This document shows positions 1 to 11,158 of a DNA stretch of 55,713 nt, one piece after another. The DNA is from Malacoraja senta. Lineage: Eukaryota. Below the pieces are notes generated by a model, which was not told where the DNA came from, searched no databases, and saw only the letters and a program-made list of their open reading frames with translations. The translations under genes and the position numbers were made by a program. The stretch lies in contig JAXLNO010000478.1 in assembly GCA_038087875.1 (NCBI GenBank), positions 124,001 through 179,713 of the forward strand, in the 5' to 3' direction. Each line of letters begins with the position of its first letter. Position 1 is the first letter of the stretch.

Positions 1-1272
1 TGGATTTGTGCCTGGAAGGTCATGTTTGACTAACCTTCTTGAATTTTTTGAAGAGGTTACTCGGGAAATTGATGAGGGTAAAGCCGTGGATGTTTTATAT
101 ATGGACTTCAGTAAGGCCTTTGACAAGGTTCCTCACGGAAGGTTGGTTAAGAAGGTTCAATGGTTGGGTATTAATGGTGGAGTAGCAAGATGGATTCAAC
201 AGTGGCTGAATGGGAGATGCCAGAGAGTAATGGTGGATGGTTGTTTGTCAGGTTGGAGGCCAGTGACTAGTGGGGTGCCACAGGGATCTGTGTTGGGTCC
301 ACTGTTGTTTGTCATGTACATCAATGATCTGGATGATGGTGTGGTAAATTGGATTAGTAAGTATGCAGATGATACTAAGATAGGTGGGGCTGTGGATAAT
401 GAAGTAGATTTTCAAAGTCTACAGAGAGATTTATGCCAGTTGGAAGAGTGGGCTGAAAGATGGCAGATGGAGTTTAATGCTGACAAGTGTGAGGTGCTAC
501 ATCTTGGCAGGACAAATCAAAATAGGACGTACATGGTAAATGGTAGGGAATTGAAGAATGCAGGTGAACAGAGGGATCTTGGAATAACTGTGCACAGTTC
601 CCTGAAAGTGGAATCTCATGTAGATAGGGTGGTAAAGAAAGCTTTTAGTGTGCTGGCTTTTATAAATCAGAGCATTGAGTATAGAAGTTGGGATGTAATG
701 TTAAAATTGTACAAGGCATTGGTGAGGCCAATTCTGGAGTATGGTGTACAATTTTGGTCGCCTAATTATAGGAAGGATGTCAACAAAATAGAGAGAGTAC
801 AGAGGAGATTTACTAGAATGTTGCCTGGGTTTCAGCAACTAAGTTACAGAGAAAGGTTGAACAAGTTAGGGCTTTATTCTTTGGAGCGCAGAAGGTTAAG
901 GGGGGACTTGATAGAGGTCTTTAAAATGATGAGAGGGATAGACAGAGTTGACGTGGATAAGCTTTTCCCACTGAGAGTAGGGCAGATTCAAACAAGGGGA
1001 CATGACTTGAGAATTAAGGGACAGAAGTTTAGGGGTAACATGAGGGGGAACTTCTTTACTCAGAGAGTGGTGGCTGTGTGGAATGAGCTTCCAGTGAAGG
1101 TGGTGGAGGCAGGTTCGTTTTTATCATTTAAAAATAAATTGGATAGTTATATGGATGGGAAAGGAATGGAGGGTTATGGTCTGAGCGCAGGTATATGGGA
1201 CTAGGGGAGAATACGTGTTCGGCACGGACTAGAAGGGTCGAGATGGCCTGTTTCCGTGCTGTAATTGTTATA
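1..1272 (+). mobile_element. CR1-clade LINE, 3' part (RT domain of ORF2 plus 3' UTR), runs off the left edge
   Basis: ORF 8..1204 has CR1-type RT motifs ([42 protein letters not shown]) and is followed by a short 3' UTR. Confidence 0.93.
8..1204 (+). CDS. CR1 ORF2 reverse transcriptase, C-terminal 398 aa, uninterrupted within the window
   Basis: Open frame with YADD catalytic motif; the true start lies upstream of the window. Confidence 0.85.
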   Translation: MPGRSCLTNLLEFFEEVTREIDEGKAVDVLYMDFSKAFDKVPHGRLVKKVQWLGINGGVARWIQQWLNGRCQRVMVDGCLSGWRPVTSGVPQGSVLGPLLFVMYINDLDDGVVNWISKYADDTKIGGAVDNEVDFQSLQRDLCQLEEWAERWQMEFNADKCEVLHLGRTNQNRTYMVNGRELKNAGEQRDLGITVHSSLKVESHVDRVVKKAFSVLAFINQSIEYRSWDVMLKLYKALVRPILEYGVQFWSPNYRKDVNKIERVQRRFTRMLPGFQQLSYRERLNKLGLYSLERRRLRGDLIEVFKMMRGIDRVDVDKLFPLRVGQIQTRGHDLRIKGQKFRGNMRGNFFTQRVVAVWNELPVKVVEAGSFLSFKNKLDSYMDGKGMEGYGLSAGIWD

Positions 1273-1274
1273 TA

Positions 1275-1715
1275 GTTCGAGCTTCAGTCAGATTCCCTTG
1301 CTGGACCAATTTACCCTTTCAAAAATTCAATAAATGGAGACCATATTCGAACAATTAATTCTTGTTTGTCAATTAAGACAAGGCTAGTTCTTTCCAAATG
1401 TAAGGTCTCCGACATTTCCATAATCCACATTTTAATTTTGGGGGTTATAGGACCTTTCCAAAATTTTAATATTAATTTTACCCAGTTATTATACTATAAT
1501 CAAGAAAGTTTCTTTGGCTTGTTGTAAGTCTTAGGCTTTGTTCCGATATTCCTAATATTATTAGTTTTGAGTCGGGATCCAATTGGGTATTGGCAACTTC
1601 AGAAATTATTCTAAAAATATCCGTCCAGAAATTTTTGATTTTTATACAGTTTACAAAGGTATGAGTTAAGTTAGCCTCTAAATGCTGACATTTATCACAA
1701 ATAGGAGACATATAT
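1275..1715 (-). pseudogene. L1 element D, ORF2 C-terminal piece (CCHC region)
   Basis: SPICDKC...HTFVNC matches the L1-B ORF2 C-terminus (SPICDKC...HSFVFC); continues at 9519 across the TIR element. Confidence 0.85.
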
Positions 1716-1849
1716 CAGGGCTCTCGCTTAACTTTTTCCCCCTGTTGCCAGCCGGGCAACCTTGGCAGCTTTATAGGTTGCCAAATGACAGTTTAGGTGG
1801 TCATTTAAGACGGCTTGCATGACGCGTGCGATAATGTGCTCAGACGAAG

Positions 1850-2209
1850 TGCATAGTTACCAGTTGGAATTATACTCAATGAAGCATTCACATATTATTT
1901 CTGCTTCAAATAAAGTCACAAACTAAACATATTCACCAATCAAGACATGATACATCCCACAATGACACGCAGCAAAATTATAAGGCTCTTTTTCACAACT
2001 CTTTCTATCTCAACTCTTTTTACACATTGCATAGTTACCAGTCGGAATTATACTCAATGAAGCATTCACATATTATTTCTGCTTCAAATAAAGTCACAAA
2101 CTAAACATATTCACCAATCAAGACATGATACATCCCACAATAACACGCAGCAAAATTATAAGGCTCTTTTTCACAACTCTTTCTATCTCAACTCTTTTTA
2201 CACATTGCA
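1850..2209. repeat. 178-bp direct tandem duplication inside the TIR element
   Basis: tgcatagttacca... starts at both 1850 and 2028 with near-identical units. Confidence 0.9.
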
Positions 2210-2379
2210 ATTAATGCAATTTCTATTAGTTCTTTCCACTTCCAAACAAAAATGTGGTTGGATTATTCATCGTATGACCAACCCGAGTCAATAAATCCTG
2301 GACCATGGTAACATAAATGCGTGCGTATAGTTGTGAATGTTGCTCATTAAATAACTACAGTACTGATACTCCATATTAA

Positions 2380-2446
2380 CCATATAACCATATAACCATA
2401 ACAGCACGGAAACAGGCCATCTCGGCCCTTCAAGTCCGTGCCGAAC
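2380..2446 (-). mobile_element. Extremely 5'-truncated CR1 3' tail (67 bp) with 8-bp terminal repeats
   Basis: Reverse complement matches the 3' UTR at about 1217-1270; ATTAA TSD; the empty site is at about 33985 in the duplicate. Confidence 0.8.
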
Positions 2447-2829
2447 ATTAAGAGCATTAATTTGCCGTTAAAATGAATTCTGTAATAACGTGTCAACGGC
2501 AGCAGTGACAATCGAACACTGTGGTTTTAATGTTTCACGTGTTCACAATTTAATTAATCCATCTTTATGGATTAAAACAAATAATAACACTGGGAATTAA
2601 AACACATTTGATTGCATTCCGTTATCAAACATAGTCAATGTTCGCTCTGAAGACATTTCCAGCACAATAGGGTCAGGTAGGGGTGTGTGTGTGAATCAGT
2701 GCGGGGTGGATAGATGGCTGGGGTGGGGGGGAGGGGGGGTTAGAAGGCAGTTGGTGCAGAATGGATGGATTGAGGCAGGTGAATTAGTACGTGTAGGTTG
2801 GAGTAGGTAAAATTGTGAGGGAGAACCAG

Positions 2830-3440
2830 GGATGTCAGTGGTGTTGAATGGGGGGGTTCAGTACGGGATGGATGGGGGTAGACAAAAGTGCTGGAGAAAC
2901 TCAGTGGGTGAGGCAGCATCTATGGAGCGAAGGAAATAGGCAACATTTCGGGTCAAGACCCTTCTTCAGACTGTTCCCCCCATTCTTCTTGAATGGGAGG
3001 ATCAGTACAGGATGGATGGGGGGGAGATCAGCGCAGGATGAATGGGGGGGTCAGTACAGTGTGGATCGGAGGGTCTGTGCAAGATGAATGGGGGATCACT
3101 ACAGGATGAATGAGGGGAAGAGGGGAAGGTGCAGGGTAAATGGAGGGTGGGTCAGTACGGGATGAATGCGTGGATTAGTACAGGATGGATGGGGATCAGT
3201 ACAGGATGGATGGAGGAGAAGTACAGGATGGACGGGAAATGGGTAAGTACAGGATGAATTGGGGAACCAATGTAGGATGGATGGGGGGGGGTGGCAGGAG
3301 AATCAATGCGAGGTGGATAGGGTGATCAGCACAGGATGAATAGATGGGGGGGGTAGATGGGGAGGGGAGCACAGTGGATGTCAGTGAGGACTGAATAGAG
3401 GCGGGAATGGGGATCAGTGCAGGATGGAGTGGAGGGGTCC
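2830..3440. repeat. Degenerate G-rich minisatellite (GGGGATCAGTACAGGATGAAT-like units)
   Basis: Repeated ~20-24-bp units; related tracts at 34190-34600 and 55450-55713. Confidence 0.8.
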
Positions 3441-3682
3441 CAGGATAGGGGGGGGGGTGGAGGGGGCGTACAAGAGAGAGGGAGAGAGAGAGGGAGGGGG
3501 GGGCGAGGTGGGGAGGAAGGAAGGTCAGTGCTCCTTGGACAACATCACCCCGCTGCCTTGGCCATTGGGAACTCCTCGCCACCGCCTCCCTCCTCCGCCA
3601 GCCAACAGCAAGGTGCGGGGCTGGGCGATGCAGCTCAGAGATCCTATAGCTATAAGATCTTTGGTGCAGCTGCTTCAGACGT

Positions 3683-3884
3683 GTCGGAGCGAATGACGGG
3701 CCCCGCACAGCGACAGCAGCAGCGGCTCCATCTACTCCTCCTCCTCCTCCCGCCCCCCTGATAAGGGCCTCTGATTTACAAGCAGAGGCCCTTATCAGGA
3801 CGGGCGGGGGGCGGGAGGAGGAGGAGATGGAGCCGCTGTCGCGGCCGCTGCTGCCGCTGTTCGGGGCCCGTCATTCGCTCCGAC
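3683..3884. repeat. ~200-bp imperfect GC-rich inverted repeat
   Basis: GTCGGAGCGAATGACGGGCCCCG...CCTGATAAGGGCCTCTG / CAGAGGCCCTTATCAGG...CGGGGCCCGTCATTCGCTCCGAC; also at 34844-35053. Confidence 0.9.
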
Positions 3885-3924
3885 CCTTCCTCACCCCGCA
3901 CCTAGTATATTTGCCCTGCACAGC

Positions 3925-4717
3925 TGATAAAGCTGAATTGTGTTAAAAATATAAGAAAAGCTTACAGCTTATATTTAGTCTCAAATCAGGCTTTTCTCCA
4001 GTAGAATAATACAGAAAGGCAAGTTAAGTTGCCTCGGGTTTTGGGGTATTGAGATAATAAATACCATAACATTGTCTCCCAAGTGAGGAAGTGACAGAGA
4101 AAGAAACAGCTAGTCACATCTTTGAAGTAAGATGCCATGAACCAAATGACCAATGTTTATGGGGGAGGAGGCAATAAAGGAAGAGAGAAACAGCTAGTCA
4201 CATCTTTGAAGTAAGATGCCGTAAACCAAATGACCAATGTTTAGGAGGGGCGAAGTGATGAGAGAGGATCCAGGGAAGTGGAAAGATAAGATGCCATAAA
4301 ACAAATGGCCTATGTTTATGAAGGACCAAGTGACAGAGAGGAAACAGCGAAAGAGCTAGGGTGATCTCTTTGAAGATAAAATGACCTAAAACAAATGGCC
4401 AATGTTTTTAGTATATCATAACCTGTAAACAAAAGGCCTTTGATGTGATGCCTTTTCCTGTACCTCTGACCATGACTAATGTCTGTGGAATGTGCTAATG
4501 TGACAAAGAAACACTATATAATGCAATGTAATTCTGTTGTTCAGAGAAGGGGACCGAGGACAGTCGAGTGTCTACATTGGTCACTTAGCTGGAATTCTCG
4601 CTCCCTTCCATCGGCCGATGTTAAGTAAAGTTTTGAACTGGTCTACCAAACGGTTTGTGTGGTGTCTGTTTATTGAGAAGCGAACCTGGTTTAGTAGTTA
4701 TAAAAGTAACTTTTTCA
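3925..4717 (+). repeat. ERV1 5' LTR
   Basis: Near-identical to 8523-9315; U3 has about four ~80-bp repeat units, most with CCAAT; TATA-like TATATAA near 4514. Confidence 0.95.
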
Positions 4718-4718
4718 T

Positions 4719-4735
4719 TGGCGTAGTTATGCAGG
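4719..4735 (+). promoter_or_regulatory. Primer-binding site, probably a degenerate tRNA-Ser type
   Basis: TGGCGTAGTtatGCAGG directly after the LTR resembles the complement of a vertebrate tRNA-Ser 3' end (TGGCGTAGTCGGCAGG, recalled from memory). Confidence 0.65.
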
Positions 4736-5374
4736 CCTCGCTGGGACCACATCAACGGCTGACTGTGCAAGAGGTTGCAGAGGTTGCCGGGATTGGAAGG
4801 GAGATAACTGAGCTCTATCGGCCCCCTTGTAAGACCGACTCCCTAGAAACTCCCGGGAACGTCTGTGATCCTTCATCAGAGGTTGATCCAGGTTCCCTGC
4901 CGAGGTTCTTAGCAACAGACTAAGGTAAGACCAGTTGGGCTTTATAGGGTTTTTTTAGTGGGGATTGTGTATGTATTTTTAAGACAGACTTGTGCTTGTA
5001 TTTTTAAGAAGGGCTTGTGTATCTTGTTAAGAAGGACGTGAGTGGTTTCTCTTTCTCTCTCTCTGTCTATCTCTCTTTGTTTTTTTCTTTTCTCTCTACT
5101 AAGGGCTTATCGGCCTCGTTGAGACATCCGTGTTTTGTCGGGTTGAGATACGGGAGGTGAGGTGTGCGTCTGGCTTATTGAAACATCCGGGGAGTTGTCG
5201 GATTGAGAAATAAGTGGCGTTGTATATTACAAAGTTAAACAGTCAGCCAAATTGAGAAACTGGGGTCTCGAGTCGGCCTGGTTGATATATTTTGCACGTT
5301 TCGGAATCAAGCGGTCTGCTTTCTATTTCTTTTTCTTTTTCTTTTTTTTTCTCTCTCTTTTTCTCTATCTAGCT

Positions 5375-6286
5375 ATGGGGAATGCTTTGGATAACAGTGA
5401 GGGGGGAACCCCCGTCCAACATATGTGTTATTTGAATCCTAAGTATAATAAGAAATTTAGAATGTTAAGTTACAAGTTGACCAAACGGTTGGGGGATGAA
5501 GCCTGGCCAGTAGGGGGCACATGGAATGTCGAGACAATTAAAAAAGCAGAAATGTTGATATGGGAAAGGAAGGCAGGAAAGAAATGGAAGAAGGGAATTA
5601 AAACGTGGAAAGCAGAAGCAGAGAAGAAGCATGAGGAGAGTAGAGATCGAAGTTGGATGGATACTGCATGTAAACAAGGGATAGAGTTACGAAATAAGGA
5701 TGGCACTATGAAAGGATGGAAAGTATTGCAAATAGAATGCCAGTGGGCGGAGGAACAAGAGAAAATAATTAAGAGACAGGCAGGAGGTGAGAAACAGGTG
5801 ATGGTTAGTAAAAATAACCTCAGTACTGGTAAATCCTCTGGAGGAGACTTCATGTCTGGCACGACGACCCTGTTTGGTAGTGAAGATGAGGAGTTAGATA
5901 ATCCTGGGAGATGTCCACCTCCCTATGTCCTACCAGTAGCGATGGCATACTTACCTGTGACAGCTCCGTCAGTAATATCCCTATACCTTGAAGTTCTGAC
6001 CTTACAAAGCTCCCCAGGATTGGGAGCACGGGAATGCCTTTCTGTGCGTTATTTGCTTAAGGCATTGATGATACCAGAACAGCTGACCATTATTAAATGT
6101 GCTGCACACACTGGTGCTGGGAACCCTATAACAAAAGGCAATGCATTTGCCGATAGTGTAGCCAAACAAGCAGCCTATGCATACAAATGCTTAGTGACAG
6201 CAGGTAAACAGATGCTAGCAAATAGAACGGTCCTGCCAAACATGAGGGAGGTATGTACATTACAGAGGGACGCCTCTCATATATAA
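5375..6286 (+). pseudogene. gag: gag matrix/late-domain region fused in frame to the RNase H C-terminus (CA, NC, PR, RT deleted)
   Basis: MGNALD (G2 myristoylation), PPPY late motif, then IIKCAAHT...KGNAFADSVAKQAA typical of retroviral RNase H. Confidence 0.8.
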
Positions 6287-6311
6287 AAACAACTATGGAA
6301 ACAAGAGGGCT

Positions 6312-6926
6312 GTGCCATTGATTCGGCTCACCCCGCTTGGACAAGTTGGTGTATCTGATGCATTTTTACCTGTTTTACTAACATATATTCACTCTCTTAC
6401 CCATGCTGGTAAGGAGGGAATGATAAGGATGACAAAGGAAACGTGGTGGCACCTAAAAATCCGGCAAGAGGCACTGAAGCAGGCCTCTGAATGTAAAATT
6501 TGCCAACGAAGTAATCCAGGCAAACCAATTAAGATACCCTCAGGGGTGACGCCAATGCCATCACGACCGTTTGAATGCATACAGATTGATTTTATTGAAA
6601 TGCCAAGGGCCCAGTGTTATAAATATTGCTTAGTGATTTTAGATTTATTTAGCAGGTGGATTGAAGCTCTACCCACCACTAATAATACTGCTGAGACTAC
6701 AGTAACATTGTTGTTAAGGGAAGTTATTCCCAGGTTTGGCCTACCTACTGTCATAAGCTCGGACAATGGTCCCCATTTTATTGCCACTATTAATAAGGAA
6801 ATATGTACACATTTTTATATCCGACAGCAATTTCAATGTGTACATCACCCACAGGCATCTGGGATGGTGGAAAGAGCCTATGGGGCATTGCAAAACAAAA
6901 TTACCCCGGGGGAATCCTTTTTCTGA
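6312..6926 (+). pseudogene. pol: Retroviral integrase zinc-binding and DDE core, truncated
   Basis: HSLTH...CKIC (HHCC), IQIDF, SSDNGPHF, QASGMVER. Confidence 0.9.
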
Positions 6927-8029
6927 CAAGCAACTATGTTATAAAAAAATTGGGGATGAAGACAAATTCGGTGGAGAAATGAGGATAGGATAGGGAGACT
7001 GAAAAGTCACGGGGAGTCTGACTAATCATGATCTGGATCAAAGTCCAATTAGGGTTAGGTAACCAGGATTCTGGTAAACAGAAATCAAAAAGAGACGTCT
7101 TTGAAGATGAAATATTATATACTGCTGGTAAAACAATTTTTTTTGTGTATGTACTGCTTGTAAAACAATGTTGTTTGTATGTGGAATGTGTGAAATTTGA
7201 AGCAATGAGCAAAGGTGTGTGTCCCTTTAAGAACAGTTTGTCCTTTAAAATGCAAATGAACAGGCAGGTTATGGTGTGTTCCTTTAAGACACTGCCATGA
7301 ATGGGGGGTGGAGCGATACTCAAATGATAAAATGTGTTGGTTGTTATAAATCTTTTGAGCCGAGTTCAAAAAGAGACTCATCCCAATTAAAGTGTTAAAT
7401 GAGATTGGAAATGTCAAAATTAAAGAGAAAAAGAAAATGTATTATTGATTACTGATTCTGAGTGAGTTCTTTTGGGAAAGATTGTTTTGATGTGATAACA
7501 GAGGTTGTCCTTTAAAATGCAAATGAAGCAAGATTACGGTCTGCAGACTTGAAGCATGTGCTGTGTAAGGGAAATGAATGTACATGTAAAATTGTCTTAT
7601 GGCTTACAAAATGGGGTTTGAGGGAACTCACAATGAGGGATACAAGGTGAGAAGATAAGTAGATTGGGGAAGAGAACATATTTGGAGAATTTAATATTTA
7701 GGTGGGGAGAGCCTCTTCAGATATAATCGGATTAAAGAATAAGTTCACAGAGAAGTGTTTAAGAAGGAACTGCAGATGCTGGAAAATCAAAGGTAGACAA
7801 AAGTGCTGGAGAAACTCAGGGGATGAGGCAGCATCTATGGAGCGAAGGAAATAGGCATCATTTTGGGCCGAAGCCCTTCTTCAGAGTAGATTGGGGTCAT
7901 TCAACTGCAGCTAGAGAAACAGGATTTACAACTTTTTTATTGATACAGGAAAGGCTGCTGTGCCCACCCCCTGGAGAGTGGGGGGAAGTCACCTACAGGC
8001 CCTGGGCAATTAACTAATTATGTATGGAC

Positions 8030-8260
8030 AGCAATTAACCCAGGTCTTGCCAGATCTGCATTCCCAGGTTAGAGGAGCTATGCTGAAAACCAGTGAGCAC
8101 AGGGACGAGTCCATAAAGGCTACAAAATGACCATGTGCTGGGACAAGAAGAAATTGAGATTGTGTTGAAAGGAACAACCAAGTGCTATCAACAACATAAA
8201 CTGCTGTGAAGATTGAAGATCATCGTCGTTGGATACATTTGATTGACTGTGAACGGTTTG
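8030..8260 (+). pseudogene. pol: Decayed integrase C-terminal remnant
   Basis: QVLSTT*TAVKIEDHRRWIH resembles the segment downstream of GPY/F in class I ERV integrases. Confidence 0.55.
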
Positions 8261-8522
8261 TGGAGCTATTGACCCTCTTTTATTCTGGGGTGGCCCACAT
8301 GGACTGGACTTTCTTCAGAATGGCAAACTTGCGGACTAACCCACATTTAAAGGATGGTACACACATCCTTTTAAACAAGATTGGAGTCAAACATGACAAA
8401 TGCAGCAAAGATACCCTGACTACAGACAGTGAGATAATTTGCCTGATGAGATGCTTATGGTCTTTCGTATGTACTCGGCAAGGACTGTAGTTATTATCAA
8501 GATTTTGATAAAAAGGATGGAA

Positions 8523-9315
8523 TGATAAAGCTGAATTATGTTAAAAATATAAGAAAAGCTTACAGCTTATATTTAGTCTCAAATCAGGCTTTTCTCCAGT
8601 AGAATAATACAGAAAGGCAAGTTAAGTTGCCTCGGGTTTTGGGGTATTGAGATAATAAATACCATAACATTGTCTCCCAAGTGAGGAAGTAACAGAGAAA
8701 GAAACAGCTAGTCACATCTTTGAAGTAAGATGCCATGAACCAAATGACCAATGTTTATGGGGGAGGAGGCAATAAAGGAAGAGAGAAACAGCTAGTCACA
8801 TCTTTGAAGTAAGATGCCGTAAACCAAATGACCAATGTTTAGGAGGGGCGAAGTGATGAGAGAGGATCCAGGGAAGTGGAAAGATAAGATGCCATAAAAC
8901 AAATGGCCTATGTTTATGAAGGACCAAGTGACAGAGAGGAAACAGCGAAAGAGCTAGGGTGATCTCTTTGAAGATAAAATGACCTAAAACAAATGGCCAA
9001 TGTTTTTAGTATATCATAACCTGTAAACAAAAGGCCTTTGATGTGATGCCTTTTCCTGTACCTCTGACCATGACTAATGTCTGTGGAATGTGCTAATGTG
9101 ACAAAGAAACACTATATAATGCGATGTAATTCTGTTGTTCAGAGAAGGGGACCGAGGACAGTCGAGTGTCTACATTGGTCACTTAGCTGGAATTCTCGCT
9201 CCCTTCCATTGGCCGATGTTAAGTAAAGTTTTGAACTGGTCTACCAAACAGTTTGTGTGGTGTCTGTTTATTGAGAAGCGAACCTGGTTTAGTAGTTATA
9301 AAAGTAACTTTTTCA
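8523..9315 (+). repeat. ERV1 3' LTR, preceded by the purine tract AAAAAGGATGGAA
   Basis: Same length as the 5' LTR; five substitutions seen by eye. Confidence 0.95.
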
Positions 9316-9518
9316 CAGCCGCCGCTGACACGAAACGTCGCGTTCCTTTTCTCCAGAGATGCTGCCTGACCCGCGGAGTTACTCCAGTTTTTTGTGTCTA
9401 TCTTCGGTACAAACCTGTATCTGGTTGCCAAGCCTGGCAAAATGACTCTATGTTTAGGTTGCCCGTCGGCGCTTTGAGTGATCAATGGCACCCGGGCAAC
9501 TGCTAATTTCGAGCCCTG

Positions 9519-10436
9519 TATGTGGGAAGATTCTATTTAATTTTGTTTTAGAGTAATGTAGTCTATGTAATGCTTTAAATTGTATTAAAGAGTGTCTGGC
9601 ATTTAACGAGCATTGATGTATATGTTGTAGACTTTCGTCCCAAATATCTTTCGTTATAGGTTGGCCTAATTCATTTTCCCATGTTTGTCTATATAATTCC
9701 GTCGGCGGGACCTCACTGTCTAAGAGGGTATTATAAATGAGATATTAATTTTTCTGTATTAGGATGTTTATTCAAACATTCATCAAGAGTTTCTGGTTCT
9801 CTAGTTCTATAATCTGAAAAAGTTATTTGAGTGTAGTCCATGAATCTGTTGTAACTCCTGAAATGAAAGAAAAGTGCCTTTCCTATAGAGATGTCCCATC
9901 TTTTTAATTCCATGATTTTTCCATTGTATAAAACCTTTATCCAACACAGAGGGGTTGAATAAAGGATTGTTTACAATGGGAAGAAATAGTGATAAGTTAT
10001 CCAATTTTAAAGTATTTTTTAATTGTTTCCAAATTCGTAAACCACTATATATTATAGGGTTTTCACTATAGGTTTCTTTGTTCAATTTTGTGGAGCAAAA
10101 ATAATTGAACCAAAGGTAAGCAGTCTTCCTTTTCCATCTTCAACCAGTCTGGTTACTGATCCATTTCTTCCAACCAGAAGTTCATATTTTTAATATTGAT
10201 TGCCCAGAAATAAAACAAAAAATTTGGAAAAGCTAAACCTCCATTTGTCTTTGATTTACATAAATGTTTTTTGCTTATTCTATGATTCTTATAATTCCAA
10301 ATAAAGCTTGTGACAATGGAATCAACTTTAAAAAAAAAATTGGGGGGAGAGATATATTGATTGAAAGAGGTACAATAATTGCGGTAGAAAACGCATTTTT
10401 ATAGCATTAATTCTACCAAATATTGAAATGTTTTCC
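9519..10436 (-). pseudogene. L1 element D, ORF2 middle/C-terminal piece
   Basis: NPIIYSGLRIWKQLK...IVNNPLFNPS aligns with L1-B ORF2; frameshifted. Confidence 0.85.
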
Positions 10437-10831
10437 AATAGGTGGGGTAGCGTTGCTGGTTAGGGAGGAGATTAACGCAATAGAAAGGAAGGACATTAGC
10501 TTGGAGGATGTGGAATCAATATGGGTAGAGCTGCGAAACACTAAGGGGCAGAAAACGCTAGTGGGAGTTGTGTACAGGCCACCTAACAGTAGTAGTGGAG
10601 TTGGGGATGGCATCAATCAGGAAATTAAAAATGCGTGCAACAAAGGTAAAACATTTATAATGGGTGACTTCAATCTACATATAGATGGGGTGAATCAAAT
10701 TGGCAGGGGTGCTGAGGAAGAGGATTTCTTGGAATGTATGCGGGATAGTTTTCTAAACCAACATGTAGAGGAACCAACGAGAGAACAGGCTATTCTAGAC
10801 TGGGTATTGAGTAATGAGGGTTAGTTAGCAG

Positions 10832-10918
10832 GTACACAAAAATGCTGGAGAAACTCAGCGGGTGCAGCAGCATCTATGGAGCGAAGGAAATAGGCAACGT
10901 TTCGGGACGAAACCCTTC
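10832..10918. mobile_element. Short Penelope-like repeat inserted in CR1
   Basis: TSD TTAGTTAGCAG at 10821-10831 and 10919-10929. Confidence 0.8.
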
Positions 10919-11045
10919 TTAGTTAGCAGTCTTGTTGTGCGTGGCCCCTTGGGCAAGAGTGACCATAATATGGTTGAGTTCTTCATTAGGATGGAGAGTG
11001 ACATAATTAATTCAGAAACAAGGGTTCTGAACTTAAAGAAAGGTA

Positions 11046-11158
11046 CACAAAAATGCTGGAGAAACTCAGCGGGTGCAGCAGCATCTATGGAACGAAGGAA
11101 ATAGGCAAAGTTTCGGGCCGAAACCCTTCTTCAGACTGATGTCCCTTCTTCAGACTGA
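11046..11158. mobile_element. Short Penelope-like repeat inserted in CR1
   Basis: TSD TTAAAGAAAGGTA at 11033-11045 and 11159-11171; minus strand reads CTGAAGAAGGG-TTTCGG-CCCGAAAC. Confidence 0.8.

Larger units (their letters stand above)
3925..9315 (+). mobile_element. Endogenous retrovirus 1 (class I / epsilon-like), internally deleted, two LTRs
   Basis: 793-bp TG...CA LTRs, CAGC TSD (3921-3924, 9316-9319), PBS, purine tract, gag/RNase H/integrase remnants, empty site at about 35091. Confidence 0.95.
1716..9518. mobile_element. Non-autonomous TIR DNA transposon (hAT-like), about 2.4 kb without the nested ERV
   Basis: Ends CAGGGCTC...GAGCCCTG, subterminal GTTGCC/GGCAAC repeats at both ends, splits L1-D between ..NRIFPH and SPICDKC; no transposase; no clean 8-bp TSD, only TAT shared by the flanks. 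Confidence 0.75.

Noticed and set aside
3196..3761. Overlapping ORFs in the GC-rich part of the TIR element as a transposase
   Set aside because: Low-complexity translations with no DDE or zinc-finger motifs; frames differ in the duplicate
4537..4923. 128-aa ORF spanning the LTR R/U5 and PBS as an accessory gene
   Set aside because: Non-ATG start, lies across cis-elements, no recognisable motif
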